DNA of 64,000 nt. Source: Prorocentrum cordatum. Its lineage: Eukaryota. How positions within the stretch are numbered: the stretch's first letter is position 1; each line of letters opens with the position of its first letter. The position numbers and the translations under genes are program-made. This document shows positions 21,150 to 32,816 of the stretch, piece after piece. The stretch lies in contig CAUYUJ010000192.1 in the NCBI GenBank assembly GCA_963575745.1, positions 310,001-374,000 of the forward strand, read 5' to 3'. A model generated the notes under the pieces. That model was given only the letters and a program-made list of their open reading frames with translations, searched no databases and was not told the DNA's origin.

Positions 21150-24100
21150 TAAACATAAACTTTCGGCGCTCCGCGCGGATTTCTTGGATCCGCGCCAGAC
21201 CCCCCTCTCTGGCGAGAGGAAAAGGAACGCGCTAGGGGCGGCGCAAAAATTGAGTCGCCGGGATCTCGGGGGAGGCCTGGAAAAACTCCCCCCCACAAGA
21301 GAAGTTCGGCTTCGACGGCCGCTGCCGGAGAGAGCGCTCACCCCTCCAGACTGCGGCCAGAGCCACGCCTAGATCGCGGAGAGCGCCGCTGCAAAGGCGC
21401 AGTCGTCGAGAACGAGCACGCCAACCCCCGTGCGTCGGAGGAGAGGGCCAAAACTGCGACGACGACGACGGCTCGCCCGCCTAGACCGGATCTGCTCAAC
21501 GTAGGTCCCCGGACACCACCCGGGGTCCATCCTGACCGCCTTTCTGATGCCGAAATAGACGAGCGCGTTCCACGACTCGCAAAGCCACTAATTACTCGCA
21601 AATGGCCCGGATCCGCCGCGAGGGATCTACCATTAATTACATCGAAGCAGACATGTGTTTTTTCGGACGTTTGTGAGTAGGCACTTTGCGAGTAATGGAG
21701 TAAGCTCGGCGACGAAAGGTACCGATACCGCTGCTCCCCGGACTTCTCCCGGGGTGCGTTCGGACCAGAACCTCGAGGCGAACTCCGCGGTGGCGACGAG
21801 GGCCTCCTGGGAGGCCCAAAAAGACAGGAAAACGCAGGGAGGGCAGCCGCGAAGGTACCTTTTCCTCTTAGGAGGAAAGGCTCTTCCCCCCTCCGAAACT
21901 CTGGAGGTAGGAAAAGGGCATGGTATAAAGGGGTGTGTGTGTGTGCTAATTTTAGGTAAAGGGGACTCTGGCGATGTTATTTATCGCAGAGAGCATCGCC
22001 ATCTCCACGATTGGCACCAATACCCCTTTATGCCACACCCCTTCCCGACCTCCAGAGAACCTCAGAGCTCTGAGTTTCGAAGCGACTCCGGCCGCGACGA
22101 CGCGAAGCCTCCAGGAAGGCCCTCCTCCGCCGTACCTCGGGCCTCGGGCGCCCGTCTGGGGCCACCCTCTGGGGCATCCCCAGAGCGCCCGCGACGAGGC
22201 GCAGCTGATGGGAGCCGTCCTGGGTCCCGAAGACCTCCAGAAAAGCCAAGGAGAACCGCGGTTGTCCCTGAAATCCTGGCGGCTCGGCTTTTTGTTCGAG
22301 CTGGGCGGTCTCGCTCCATTTCGAGCCCCGGGACCCTCACAGATCGATCCGGATCGAAAAATTGTGCAGAAAGATAGAGTCCGGGAGTCCGGTCGTGGTT
22401 TTTGTGGGATGTTGCACGTTTTTTTGCAACGCCGGATCTCAGGGTGGGTCCCGAAAACCCTCGAAAACCAAAAAGAGAAACGCCGTCAATAACCCCGCGC
22501 TCGAGACATTAATCCCACGGGTATTATAAAGTTCTGGGTCCTGGGAGGATAATCAATATTTTCCTCGAGGTATCGGTGTTTAATCAGTGTTGAATGTCCT
22601 CCAAGGTGATCTGACACATTGGTCGCTCTTGGGGGGAGTCCCTTTGGATGCGCTATGCATGATACGAAGATCAGAGCTATGATTGGAACATTGCCAGGGG
22701 ATAAGAAGTTCGGCCTCCTCGCCTACCTGCCTCTGGTTCCATACACAGGCCGCAAAGAATAAGCATAGACGACCCAAGGGGTGAGGCCTCATTATTATCA
22801 CGGGGACGCGGATATCTCGACTGGTACGGGACGCACAAAGACATACTACAGCCAACCCGCATAATGAGGATGAGCAACTTTCCAAGGTTTCCCGTGAATC
22901 CTTCCATTTCGGCCAATCCTTGGCCACTTTCTCTTGCCGTGCCCTGCTCACACACGTGCAGACATGGTCTTGCAAAGCCCTTGCATGCTTACCGCACGTC
23001 CATATGATACAGGCTGACTGCAACACGCTGTCCCTCTGCGGAAGACGCGCGTCAGACCCAGACATTGAAATCGGCATCTTGTAGCCAATCGTTTCCCGGG
23101 CGGCATGGCCAGAAAGCGCCCGCCACGGAGCTTATGCTATAAGATTTCTGAGCGTGCGCGCCGCCTGTGTGTGGCCTACGGAAATGCACGCAGCATACCT
23201 ATGTGTCGGTGGTAGCGATGGTCCTCTGAGCCGCGAAAGTGTACACACGGACACCCGCCGACGAACTTCGCAGGTACCTTCAGGAATGGTAGCAGTATAT
23301 GAAATCGCTGGCTCTCAGTGGTGACTTACACACCGTCACCCTCCTCTGAGGCCCAGGAACATACAACAGGTTCGTATCGTGACGACCCTGGCGTTGGCTT
23401 CTGACAACGCGTGGATCGTTCAACCTTGAACGATCGGCGACTTTCCGATCACCAAAGCTCGTCCCACGTTCGCCAGTTCTGGGCTACAGGCAGCGTTCCA
23501 CTTTGAACGCCCCCGGCGGGGTCGCCACAACGTCTGCACGACACGAACCTACCGTACAGTGGAGGGTGTCCGTGTACTTCTTTGTGGCGGATCCTCCACC
23601 GACCGTGATCCAGCAACATCTAGAAAGAGAATGAACAGCATAAATGTAAACAGTCGGCTCTCTCGCCATCGCTCGGACGTCCATTCCTGGTGCGTTTTTT
23701 CGGCTTCGTGCGTGTTTTCTTCGCAAGACGATCCAAGCTGCTCTTCGATGGTCCTCGCCGAGAAGAAAATTCACACGTCCGGGCGATGCCAAGCTCTCGG
23801 CGCAGACTTCTTGGATCTGCGCTGGACCCCCCTCCCTGGCGCGCGGAGCGCGCCAGGGGCGGCGCTGGAGGCGCCGCCGGGGGGGGGGGGGACCAGCGCG
23901 GATCCAAGAACAACCCGCGCGGAGCGCCAGCAACAATTGTGCTTATGTCGCTCTCTTTCTTCCCCGAGGATGCGCCACCGACCGAGATCCAGCAGCCTCA
24001 GCGTAGAGGGCAGAACATCCACCCCGATGGTAACCACCCCGACGCGAGAAGCCGTTTAGCCAACGCACCCTCAGAAGAATTCGAACAGGGCAGGGCCGTT

Positions 24101-24177
24101 GAGTAAACGCACAAGGGCCGTTTAGTCAACGCCAATTGTCGGGTCCGGGTGGTTTTTCCTCCCTTGACAGCGGACGG

Positions 24178-24605
24178 TTGGTGGTCTCCAAACCAGGTGG
24201 TGAGACACCCGGTGGTGACCCCGGTTCCCCAGCAAAAAGTAATTCTGGGTCGCCACCGGGCTTGGGGACACGCGGTCGCCACGAGGTTTTGCGCTTCCTG
24301 GGCCAGCCAGCGCTCGAAAACCATTATGGGACGCACAGAGACATACTAATACTATATGTTCTCCTTGGAGGCGCGCGTCCGACCCAAGCATATAGTATAC
24401 CCATCTTGTAGTATATCGTTTCCCGAGCGGTGTGGCCAGAAAGCGCACGCCGCGACGCATATACTATAAGATTTCTCGGTGCGCGCGTCGCCCCTGGGGG
24501 GGCGACGCACATACAGTATAAGTATGTTGGGGTGATGCCGACATTACCCAAATCGCCCAAAACTCACCACCGGGTGTTCTCACCACCACGTTTGGGGACC
24601 ACCAA
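24178..24605. mobile_element. MITE family F (TTGG..CCAA, ~40-bp TIR, 5-bp TSD GACGG) with a nested repeat
   Basis: TTGGTGGTCTCCAAAC..GGTGGTGAGACACCCGGTGGTGA vs TCACCACCGGGTGTTCTCACCACC..GTTTGGGGACCACCAA; GACGG at 24173-24177 and 24606-24610. The nested ~24367-24493 segment resembles ~23040-23165. Confidence 0.8.
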
Positions 24606-24784
24606 GACGGCGGCGGGGGCGGGCAACGCCCGCCGCACCTGCGACACCGGCAGGGGCCCGCGCTCCGCCAGGAGCGCCTTCAGCGCGGAGCGGAGGGCCT
24701 CCTGGCGGCAGGGAGCGCCAAGGGCGCCGGGTGGCGGGGGGCCGCGGGACTCGAGGGGGAGCAGCACGGTGCCCTGCTTGTGCC

Positions 24785-25115
24785 CCTCCCTCCTCCTCCT
24801 CCTCCTCCTCCCTCTCTCCTCCTCCTCCTCCTCCTCCTCCTCCTCTTCTTCTTCGTGTGAGTATTACTAGTATACGTATGATTATGCTTATTATTATTCT
24901 TCCTATTATTAGTATGTTTATTATTATCATCATTATTATTATCATTATTATTATTGTTATAATGAGTATTTGTATTAATAGTATTGTTGATACTTTTTTC
25001 TCTGTATGATGACTGCTAGTATTGATTATTTGTCTTAGCCTCCTCCCCCTGCCCCTCCTTCTCCTCCTCCGCCTCCTCCTCTTCCTCCTCCTCCTCCTCC
25101 TTCTCCTCCTCCTCC

Positions 25116-25148
<33 letters not shown>

Positions 25149-25440
25149 TTCTCCTCTACGAGGCCCCAGTGCTGCAAGCGGGGCCTCGCAAGGCTCCCTG
25201 GGCAGCGCCTTCCCAAGCTCAGAGCCGGGGGGCCTGGAGCTTCGGAGGCGGAGGAGGGTCGCGCCCAGGGCGCCGGTCGCCGCGCCAGAGAGGCGGGCCG
25301 TGCAAGGGGCGGGCCCAATATTTTCCTCCTCCTCCTCCGCCTGTTCTTCCTCCTCCTCCTCCTCCTCCTCCTCCTCCGCCTCCGACTCTTCCCTCCTCCT
25401 CCTCCTCCTCCTCCTTCTCCTCCTCCTCCTCCCTCTCCTC
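24785..25440. repeat. (CCT)n and (ATT)n microsatellite tract
   Basis: Directly visible trinucleotide repeats. Confidence 0.9.
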
Positions 25441-27429
25441 CAGGGCGCCTGTCGACGCGAGAGAGGCGGGCCGTGCAAGGGGCGGGCCCTGCACCGTGGG
25501 GAGCTTCTCCAGGATCGCTCGGTGGTAACTCATGTGAGCCTCCCAATGCCGTCTTGTCGGCTTTTGCGAATGGACGCTAAGTCGACGCCAAAAAACGACG
25601 CTAACGGACGTTCAATAAGCGCTGATCGACGCTCACCGACGCGATCTCATCCAGACGCTAATCGACGCCAATCGACGCTAAAGACGGAATTCAAAGCATA
25701 CACTGAGCTCCCATGACTCGCTACAGAAGGATCGGCTTTTCTCGGCGGCGAGCCCAGGGGGGAACGCCGAGTGGGAGGGCCTTATCAGAAGGCTCGGAAG
25801 GCCTCGGGCCTTCTGAGAAGATGTCTATAAGCCTGCCCCAAAGACACGGGAGGCGCGAGGGCTTCTGAGAAGCCCCGGCGCCTTCTGAGAAGGCCTGCCC
25901 CGCCTCACTTCCCCCCTGGGCTCGCCGCCGATGTTCACCCCGAGTCGTCATTTTTGACGGCCTGGGGCCCTGGCGAGGGCCCCACAGGGGCCCCGAAGGC
26001 AGCGAAGGGCCTTCAGATTGCCAGCAGCACCCGAACAACTCGCCTCCTCGAAAGCCCTGGCAGGCGCCGACGGCGAAGGCACGCGATACACGATGCGTAC
26101 GGTACCCTACGCAGATCTCAGTTTCTAGACTGGCCTCACACCCTCAACGTATACGTTGGATGGTCAAACAAGACGGAGCACGTGCAAGATCACGGCAAAC
26201 GATACACCCGCAACGAAAGCCGCCACTGTACAGGATGCACACATGATGAGTGAGATTCCCAACAGCACTGGTGCAGGACACCAGTGGTAGATGGATAAAA
26301 CTGCGTATAGCACGCGATCTATCTCCTCCGTCTGCGTGAAGGAGTCGTGGGGCAACCGGCTGAAGAATGCCTGCGCAGAAGCCCGCCAACATTCAGTGAC
26401 GGCAATCTCGCGAAATGGAATCCAAGCGGACAGGTGAACAAGCGACGGATGTGCTTGGGCAGGCAGAACGACGGGCCAGGCAGACGCAAATTCAGACAGT
26501 TGACAGCCCGACAGACAGGCCACACAGGCGGGCAGACAAGCAAACAACCTCGGGAGGCAAGCGCACATACACACTTCGCAAAACCATGACGAGCGCACCC
26601 GCAAGGATCAGGGGCAATGACAGAGACCGGTGGGCACAAGCAGACAGCCGATGCCGTAAGCATAAACAGAGGCAAGGCTGGGCAAACCGGACCGAACTGC
26701 CAGAGGCAGGAGCACACAGCCACAGACCACAGACAGGCAGAGAGGCAGACAAACGAACAGACGCACGGACGAACAGGCGGCCGATCGCCGATAACGTGAC
26801 CTGCACTTTCAAAGCACAATCGCGAACCGGTCCACGAGTCCAAAGAAGAGGAACCTGAAAGAGGAGGCAGAGGCAGACCAATGGAGAGGAGCTGCAGCAG
26901 GATGATGACGAGGGGCAGCACCATGAGCTGAGCGGAGGCAGAGGGGGCAGCAGATGTAGGGATCCACGGGTTGAACCCCATCACAATCTGGACATGTATC
27001 CAGCCGGGCCACGAGGGGGATGGCTCTCGTGCTCCCTCCCTCCCCCCTCCTCCGCCTACGCCCTCGTCCTTCTCTTCCGCCTCCTCCTCCACCTTCGCCT
27101 CCGCCTCCGCCTCCGCCTCCGCCTCCTCCTCCTCCTCCTCCTCCTCCTCCTCAGCCTCCTCCTCCACCTCCGCGTCCGCCTCCGCTTCCGCTTCCGCCTC
27201 CGCCTCCATCTCCGCCTCCGCCTCCGCTTTCCCCGTTTCCGCCTCCGCTTTCCCCGCTTCCTCCTCTTCCTCCTCCTCCTCCTCATCCTTCTCCTTCACT
27301 CTTTCCCCCTAATAGTGACTCCTCCATGCCGCACCTCGGCATGGGTCGGCAGGGCGGGCCTGGCATTTCGCCTGATACTTCCCCACCATGTCTGATCCTT
27401 AAGATTGAGATTTGTGAGAGGTTCACGGA

Positions 27430-27745
27430 TGGAAGGCGGGCCGCTTTCAAAGTGTGATTATGTGATTCTCGCCTTTGTGCCGCGCACACCTATCTCAAAC
27501 ATTTGCAAAACTTTCACGGGTGGAGGGCGGGCCGCTTTCAAAAGGTCCCTCGTGCTTTAGCGTCGCCCACATTCGTCTTAGAGTTTTACTGGAGGAAGGC
27601 GGGCCGGTTTCAAAATGTGGCTCTCGCCTGGGAGCCGAGCACATGCGTTTACAAAAATTGGCAAGAGCTTCGCGGATGGAGGGCGGCCCGATTTCAAAAG
27701 GAAGATCCCTCCTGAGCGCCGCGCACGCTCGTCTTAGACGTGTCA
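27430..27745 (+). repeat. Degenerate ~70-bp tandem units (TTTCAAAA..CTCGC..GCGCCGCGCACATTCGTC)
   Basis: Several units; the same motif occurs inverted at ~32258-32670. Confidence 0.6.
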
Positions 27746-27847
27746 ACAGCCTCAAGGGCTCGTATGGTTGACGTCCCAGAAGTCCGCCGACCCTGTCAGC
27801 GTGTGTGGGGTGCCTGTCCGGTCCCGTCGACGGGGAGCCTCCTTTCG

Positions 27848-28077
27848 TTGGGCGCCCGAGTTATCCGGGGTAACTCGGGTCCGGGGTAACTCGGGTTTGG
27901 ATTCCCGAAAAAGGAACCCGAGTTATCCCTGACCCGAGTTACCCCTGATGATTCGGGGCTCTGGACGCCCGAGTTATCCGGGGTAACTCGGGTCCGGGGT
28001 AACTCGGGTTTGGATTCCCGAAAAACGAACCCGAGTTATCCCTGACCCGAGTTACCCCTGATGATTCGGGGCTCTGA
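27848..28077. mobile_element. Family E element: 2 x 113-bp units, 5-bp TSD TTTCG
   Basis: Near-identical to 18280-18625; TTTCG at 27843-27847 and 28078-28082. Confidence 0.85.
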
Positions 28078-28818
28078 TTTCGTCCCTTCCTTCCCATCCT
28101 CCTCTCCCGTCGAGAGAGAGAGAGAGAGAGAGCACCCGTCCTCGTTCCGGGGACGGCGGGTCCGCAGCTGGAGGGCATGCCATCCACGCCCCCATTGCGT
28201 CAAAGAGAAGCCCCTTCCCTTTTTGTCCCTTCCCCGGCGGGGGGACGGGGGGTCCCGGGGGGGGGGGGGGTCAAATTCGCATCGCTTCTGGGGGTCTTCC
28301 TCTCACACGCCCGTCCTTCTCCAGCGCGCCGGTCCTCCTCGGGTCCTCCTCCCCAGGTGGGGAGGAGTCCCAAGGAGGGGGGAGGAGAGTCACATACGCA
28401 TCCGTCCCTGGGGGTCCTGCTCCCCCTCCCCACCCCTTTCCCACGCCGGTCCTCCTCCAGTCCTCCTTCGCAGGGGGGGGCGGGGCCAGGGGGTCCTCCT
28501 CCTTTTCCTCCTCCTTCTCCTCCTCCTCCTCCTCCTCATCTCTCCTCCTCCTCCCCCTCCGTGTCGTCGTCGATGTCTTTCAGGGTCGGCGGCACCGGCC
28601 GTCAGGCCTTCACAATCGTGTTTTGGCTCGATGTAGACCTGTCGGGGCGCAACCGTCGCATTCATTAGCAGCATTGAAGGCCCAGGGATGGAATTCTGGC
28701 ACGACTCAAGATTGCCAGGACGCAGCAATAACGCTGATTCACGGCGTTGAAGAGCCAGGAAGTGTGCTTTGGCACGGGTCAGGACTGTCAGACGAGTGTC
28801 CAATTCGCAAAGTGAAAA

Positions 28819-29844
28819 TTCGCCGGCCCAACGGGCCAGGGCGTGCTAAGATCTCCGGTAACTGGTTAACAGTATTAACAGTATTTCTAGTTCGCGCGCG
28901 CGGGGCGGCCCCTGGGGGTCCCCCGGCGAAAAGTACCCCGACCAACGCCCGGTCGCCGCCCGACCGCCGCCCGACCAAGTCTACTCAGAGATGGTTTTCC
29001 TTCTGGGTGCGGCCTCTCAGGCTCCCCAGAGCGCGCTCAGAGTGCCCCAAGAGGCCCCCAAGACTGCCCAAGAGGCCCCCGAGACGCCCAAAGAGCGCTC
29101 GAAGACGCCGAAGATGACCCCAAGACGGCCCAAAAGGCCCCCAAGACAGCCCAAGAGGCCTCCAAGACGCCCCAAGAGCCTTCCAAGAGGCCTCCGAAGA
29201 GAGCCCCAAGAGGCCAAAATCGTTGATTTTCATTGGTTTTTTCGATGTTTTTTGTGTTCTGGCTTTTTCGGCTTCCGGACGCTCCAAGACGGCCCAAGAG
29301 GCCCCCAAGACCGCTCCAAGACGGCCCACGAAGCTCCCAAGACGGCGCCGAAACGACCCAAGAGAGCCCTCAAGACGGCCCAAGTGCCGCCCAAGACGGA
29401 CCAAGAGGCCCCAAGACGGGCCCAAGAGGGACTCAGGAGGGATACCGAGAACTCAAAAATGGAGCCCTCCGTCCCAGAAGGCGCCCAGGAGGTCCCAAAG
29501 AGGCCCCAAGAGGCCTCCAAGAGGCCCCAAGATGTCGCCAAGAGGCCCCAGGAGACTCCCAGGAGGCCCAAAAGAAGCCCCAGAAGGCTTCAAACATGTC
29601 TCCCAGGCGCCCCCGAACGGCCTCTCAACAGACCCCAAGAGGCCCCCCAAAGAAGCATCTTGACGACGACTCTATTTCGCCCCATCGAGAGACGACCCCC
29701 AGGGAACTGCTTCACCATTAAAACTCCCCACGCAACGCGTCCGAACGACACCCGCCCCCAAGAGCGCAACATGGGCAACGAACACACAGACAAAAACCAG
29801 CGATGCCATATCACGGGCCGGCGGAATGAGCGAAGCGATTCAAT
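28819..29844 (+). mobile_element. Non-autonomous Helentron/DINE-1-like element, family A
   Basis: TT+CGCCGGCCCAACGGGCC head; GGGCCGGCG (29815-29823) followed by the GAATGAGCGAAGCGATTC stem-loop and AAT; head and tail conserved with 2468-3470. Confidence 0.7.
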
Positions 29845-29924
29845 AAATCCTTGGAGGGACCTCTGAGGAGGGAGCTTGGAGGTCAGGATTATTGCAACAT
29901 CGTTGGGTCTTGGATTGTCACAAA

Positions 29925-31672
29925 TCCTCCTGCTCCTCCCGCTCCTCCTGCTCCTCCTCCTCCTCCTCCTCCTCCTCCTCCTCCTCCTCCTCCTCCTCCT
30001 CCCCCTCCCCCTCCCCCTCCCCTCCTCCTCCTCCTCCTCCTCCTCCTCCTCCTCCTCCTCCTCCTCCTCCTCCTCCCCTCCTCACCCTTCTCCGCATGTG
30101 CCTCCGCCTCCTCCTCCTCCTCCTCCGCCTTCACCTCTTTCGCCTCCTCCTCATCATCCACCACCTCCTCAGCATCCTCTTCCTCCTCCTCCCCCGTCTC
30201 CGCCTCCTTCCCCTCCTCCACCTCCAACTCCGCCTACGCCATTGCCTCCGCCTCTCCCTTCACCTCCGCTCCTGCCTCCGTCTCCGCATCCACCTCCGCA
30301 TTTCCGAATACGTCTACGCCTCCACCTTCGCCTCCTCCTCTTTCCGCCTACTCCTCCTCTTTCTCGTCCTCTTTCTGTTCCTCCTCCTCCTCCTCCTCCG
30401 CCTCCTACTCCTTCTCCTCCGCCTCCACCTCCTCCAACTCTCCTGCTCCCTCCTCCTCCTTCCTCCTCCTCCTCTTCAACTTCCTCCTCCTCCTCCTGCC
30501 CCTTCTCTTCCTCCTCCTCCTCCTCCTCTTCCTCCTCCTCCTCCTCCTTCGACTCCTCCTCCTGCGCATCGTCCTCCGCCTCCTCTTCCTCGCCCTCATC
30601 CTTCTCCTCCCCTGCCTCCGCCCCCACCTCCAGCTATGCCTACGCCTCCACCTCCTCCTCCTCCTCCTCCTTCTCCTCCTCCTCCTCCTCCTCCTCCTTC
30701 TCATCCTTCTCCTTCTCCTCCTCCTCTTCCTCCTCCTCGTCCTCCTTTTCCTCCTCCTCCTCCTGCTCCTCCTTTTCATTCCCCTCTTCCTCCTCTTCTC
30801 GTAATCCTCCTTCTCCTCCTCCTTCTCCTCCTCCTCCTCCTTCGACTCCTCCTCCTCCTCCTCCTCTCCTCACCTCCTCCTCCTCCCCCTCCTACTCTCC
30901 TACTCCTCCCCCCTTCTCCTCCTCCTCCTCCTCCTTCTCCTCCTCCTCCGCCGCCTCCTCCTCCTCCTCCTCCTCCTCCGTATCCCCCTCATCCCCGCTC
31001 CTCCTCCTCCTCCTCCCGCCTCTGCCTCCGCCTCCGCTTCCGCATCAGCCCCCTTTTCCGCCTCCGCCTCCGCCTCCGCCTCCTCCTCCGCCTCCTCCTC
31101 CGCCTCCGCCTCCTTCTCCTCCTAATCCGTTTCCTCTTCCTACTCCTTTCCTCTTCCTCCTTCTTCCTCCTCCTCCTCCTCCTCCTCCTCCTCCTCCTCC
31201 TCCTCCTCCTCCTCCTCCTCCCCTCCTCCCCCCCCCCCCTCCTACCCCTCTTCTCCTCCTCCTCCTCCTCGTCCTTCTCCTACGCCTCCTCCACCTCCTC
31301 CTCCGCATCGTCCTCCGCCTCCTCTTCCTCGCCCTTATCCTTCTCCTCCCCTGCCTCCGCCCCCACCTCCGGCTATGCCTTTCTCCTCCTCCTTCTCCTC
31401 CTCCTCCTCCTCCTCCTCCTCCTCCTCCCTCTCCTCCTCCTCTTGCTCCCCCTCCTCTTGTTCCTCCTCCTCCTCCTCCTCCTCTTCCCCTCCTCCTCCT
31501 CCTCCTCCTCCTCCTCCTCCTCCTCCTCCTCCCCTCGTCTTCCTCCTCGTCCTTGTCCTCGTCCTCGTCCTCCTTCTCCTTCTCCTCCTCCTCCTCCTCC
31601 TCCTCCTCCTCCTCCTCCTCCTCCTCCTCCCCATGCCCTTCCTCCACCCCCCACTCCCCCTTGCCCCCCCCC
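29925..31672. repeat. 1.7-kb polypyrimidine (CCT)n low-complexity tract
   Basis: Almost purely C/T on the plus strand; internal duplication of ~30560-30640 at ~31295-31380. Confidence 0.95.
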
Positions 31673-32784
31673 CTTCGCGTCGAAGCGAGGGGTCAGCGGC
31701 CTCGGCCGCGGCGGTGCTGCCAGAGGGGGGCGCCGCCGAGGCCTCGCGATGCGGCGGCGGCGGGCGCTCCCAGGCGATGGCGCTCCCACTGTGCGGGGGG
31801 GGGTAAAAGGGAGGAGGCGGCGGGAGAAGGAGCGACAGCGGGAGGACGGGAGGATCACCACGAGGGAGAGGAAGAGGAGGAGGAGGAGGACGAGAAGGAG
31901 GAGGAGGAGGACCAGTGCAGGCTCAAGCCGCACCATCGATGTTGCAATACCCGCCCCCCACGTTCCCCCATTCAGAAATCGATGAAGGAAATTACCTGCA
32001 ACGCGGGAAATGGTCCATTAGAGGACAACCGTCTGATACTTCTCCAACATGCCAAGACACTATCATTGGGACTTCAATACTGCGAATCAACATGGCTGCT
32101 GCGCCGTGGCAATCCTAAATCGTACCAGAAGACTGATCCTGGGAACTCGGCAACACGGATCAACGTGACTGGTGCGCCGGGGAAACACTACACCGTGCCA
32201 GAGCACCAACTTCTGGGATTTCGCATGTACGAATCCTCGAATCTGTTGCACAATTGTCAGACGAATGTGCGCGGCGATAAGGCGAGAGCCACATTCTGAA
32301 AAGGAGCGACCATCCATTGGTGAAAGCGTTGCGAAGTAACAACGCGAAAGCGCGCGGCGCGAAAGCGAGAGCCACAACTTGAAAAGGAACGCTCTTGATC
32401 CTTGAACCTGCTGCGATCTTTTACGTCGAATGTGCGCGGCGCTAAGGCGATAACCACGTTTTGAAAAGGAACGGGCCCTCAATCCGTTAAACACTTCCGA
32501 ACAAACCCGCCCTCCATCCTTGACGATGTTGCGACTCGTGAAGACGAATATGCACGGCGCTGAAGCTAGAACCATGTTTTGAAAACCACCCGCTTTCTGT
32601 CAACAGAGCTCCTGCGAACTCCTAAGACAAGTGCGCGCGGTGCTGACGAGAGAACAGCACGTTGGAAACAACGCCCATGGTGAAAATGGCACACAGCAAA
32701 CTGTGTGTTGTGTTGTGTTTTTGTGTGTTGTTGTTGTGTTTGTTGTGTTTGTTTCACGTGTTGTGAGTGTTTGTTTTCCCACTG

Positions 32785-32816
<32 letters not shown>

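Noticed and set aside
790..26420. Scattered non-repetitive stretches (790-1010, 1620-2250, 6780-7320, 7830-8220, 22580-23040, 26100-26420) as exons
   Set aside because: No recognisable motif or consistent reading frame by eye; a translated search would be needed.
29851..32299. Long ORFs (807, 697 and 317 aa)
   Set aside because: They are read-through of a (CCT)n tract that is open in all frames. Only the last ~100 codons weakly resemble a LINE endonuclease start, too weak to call.
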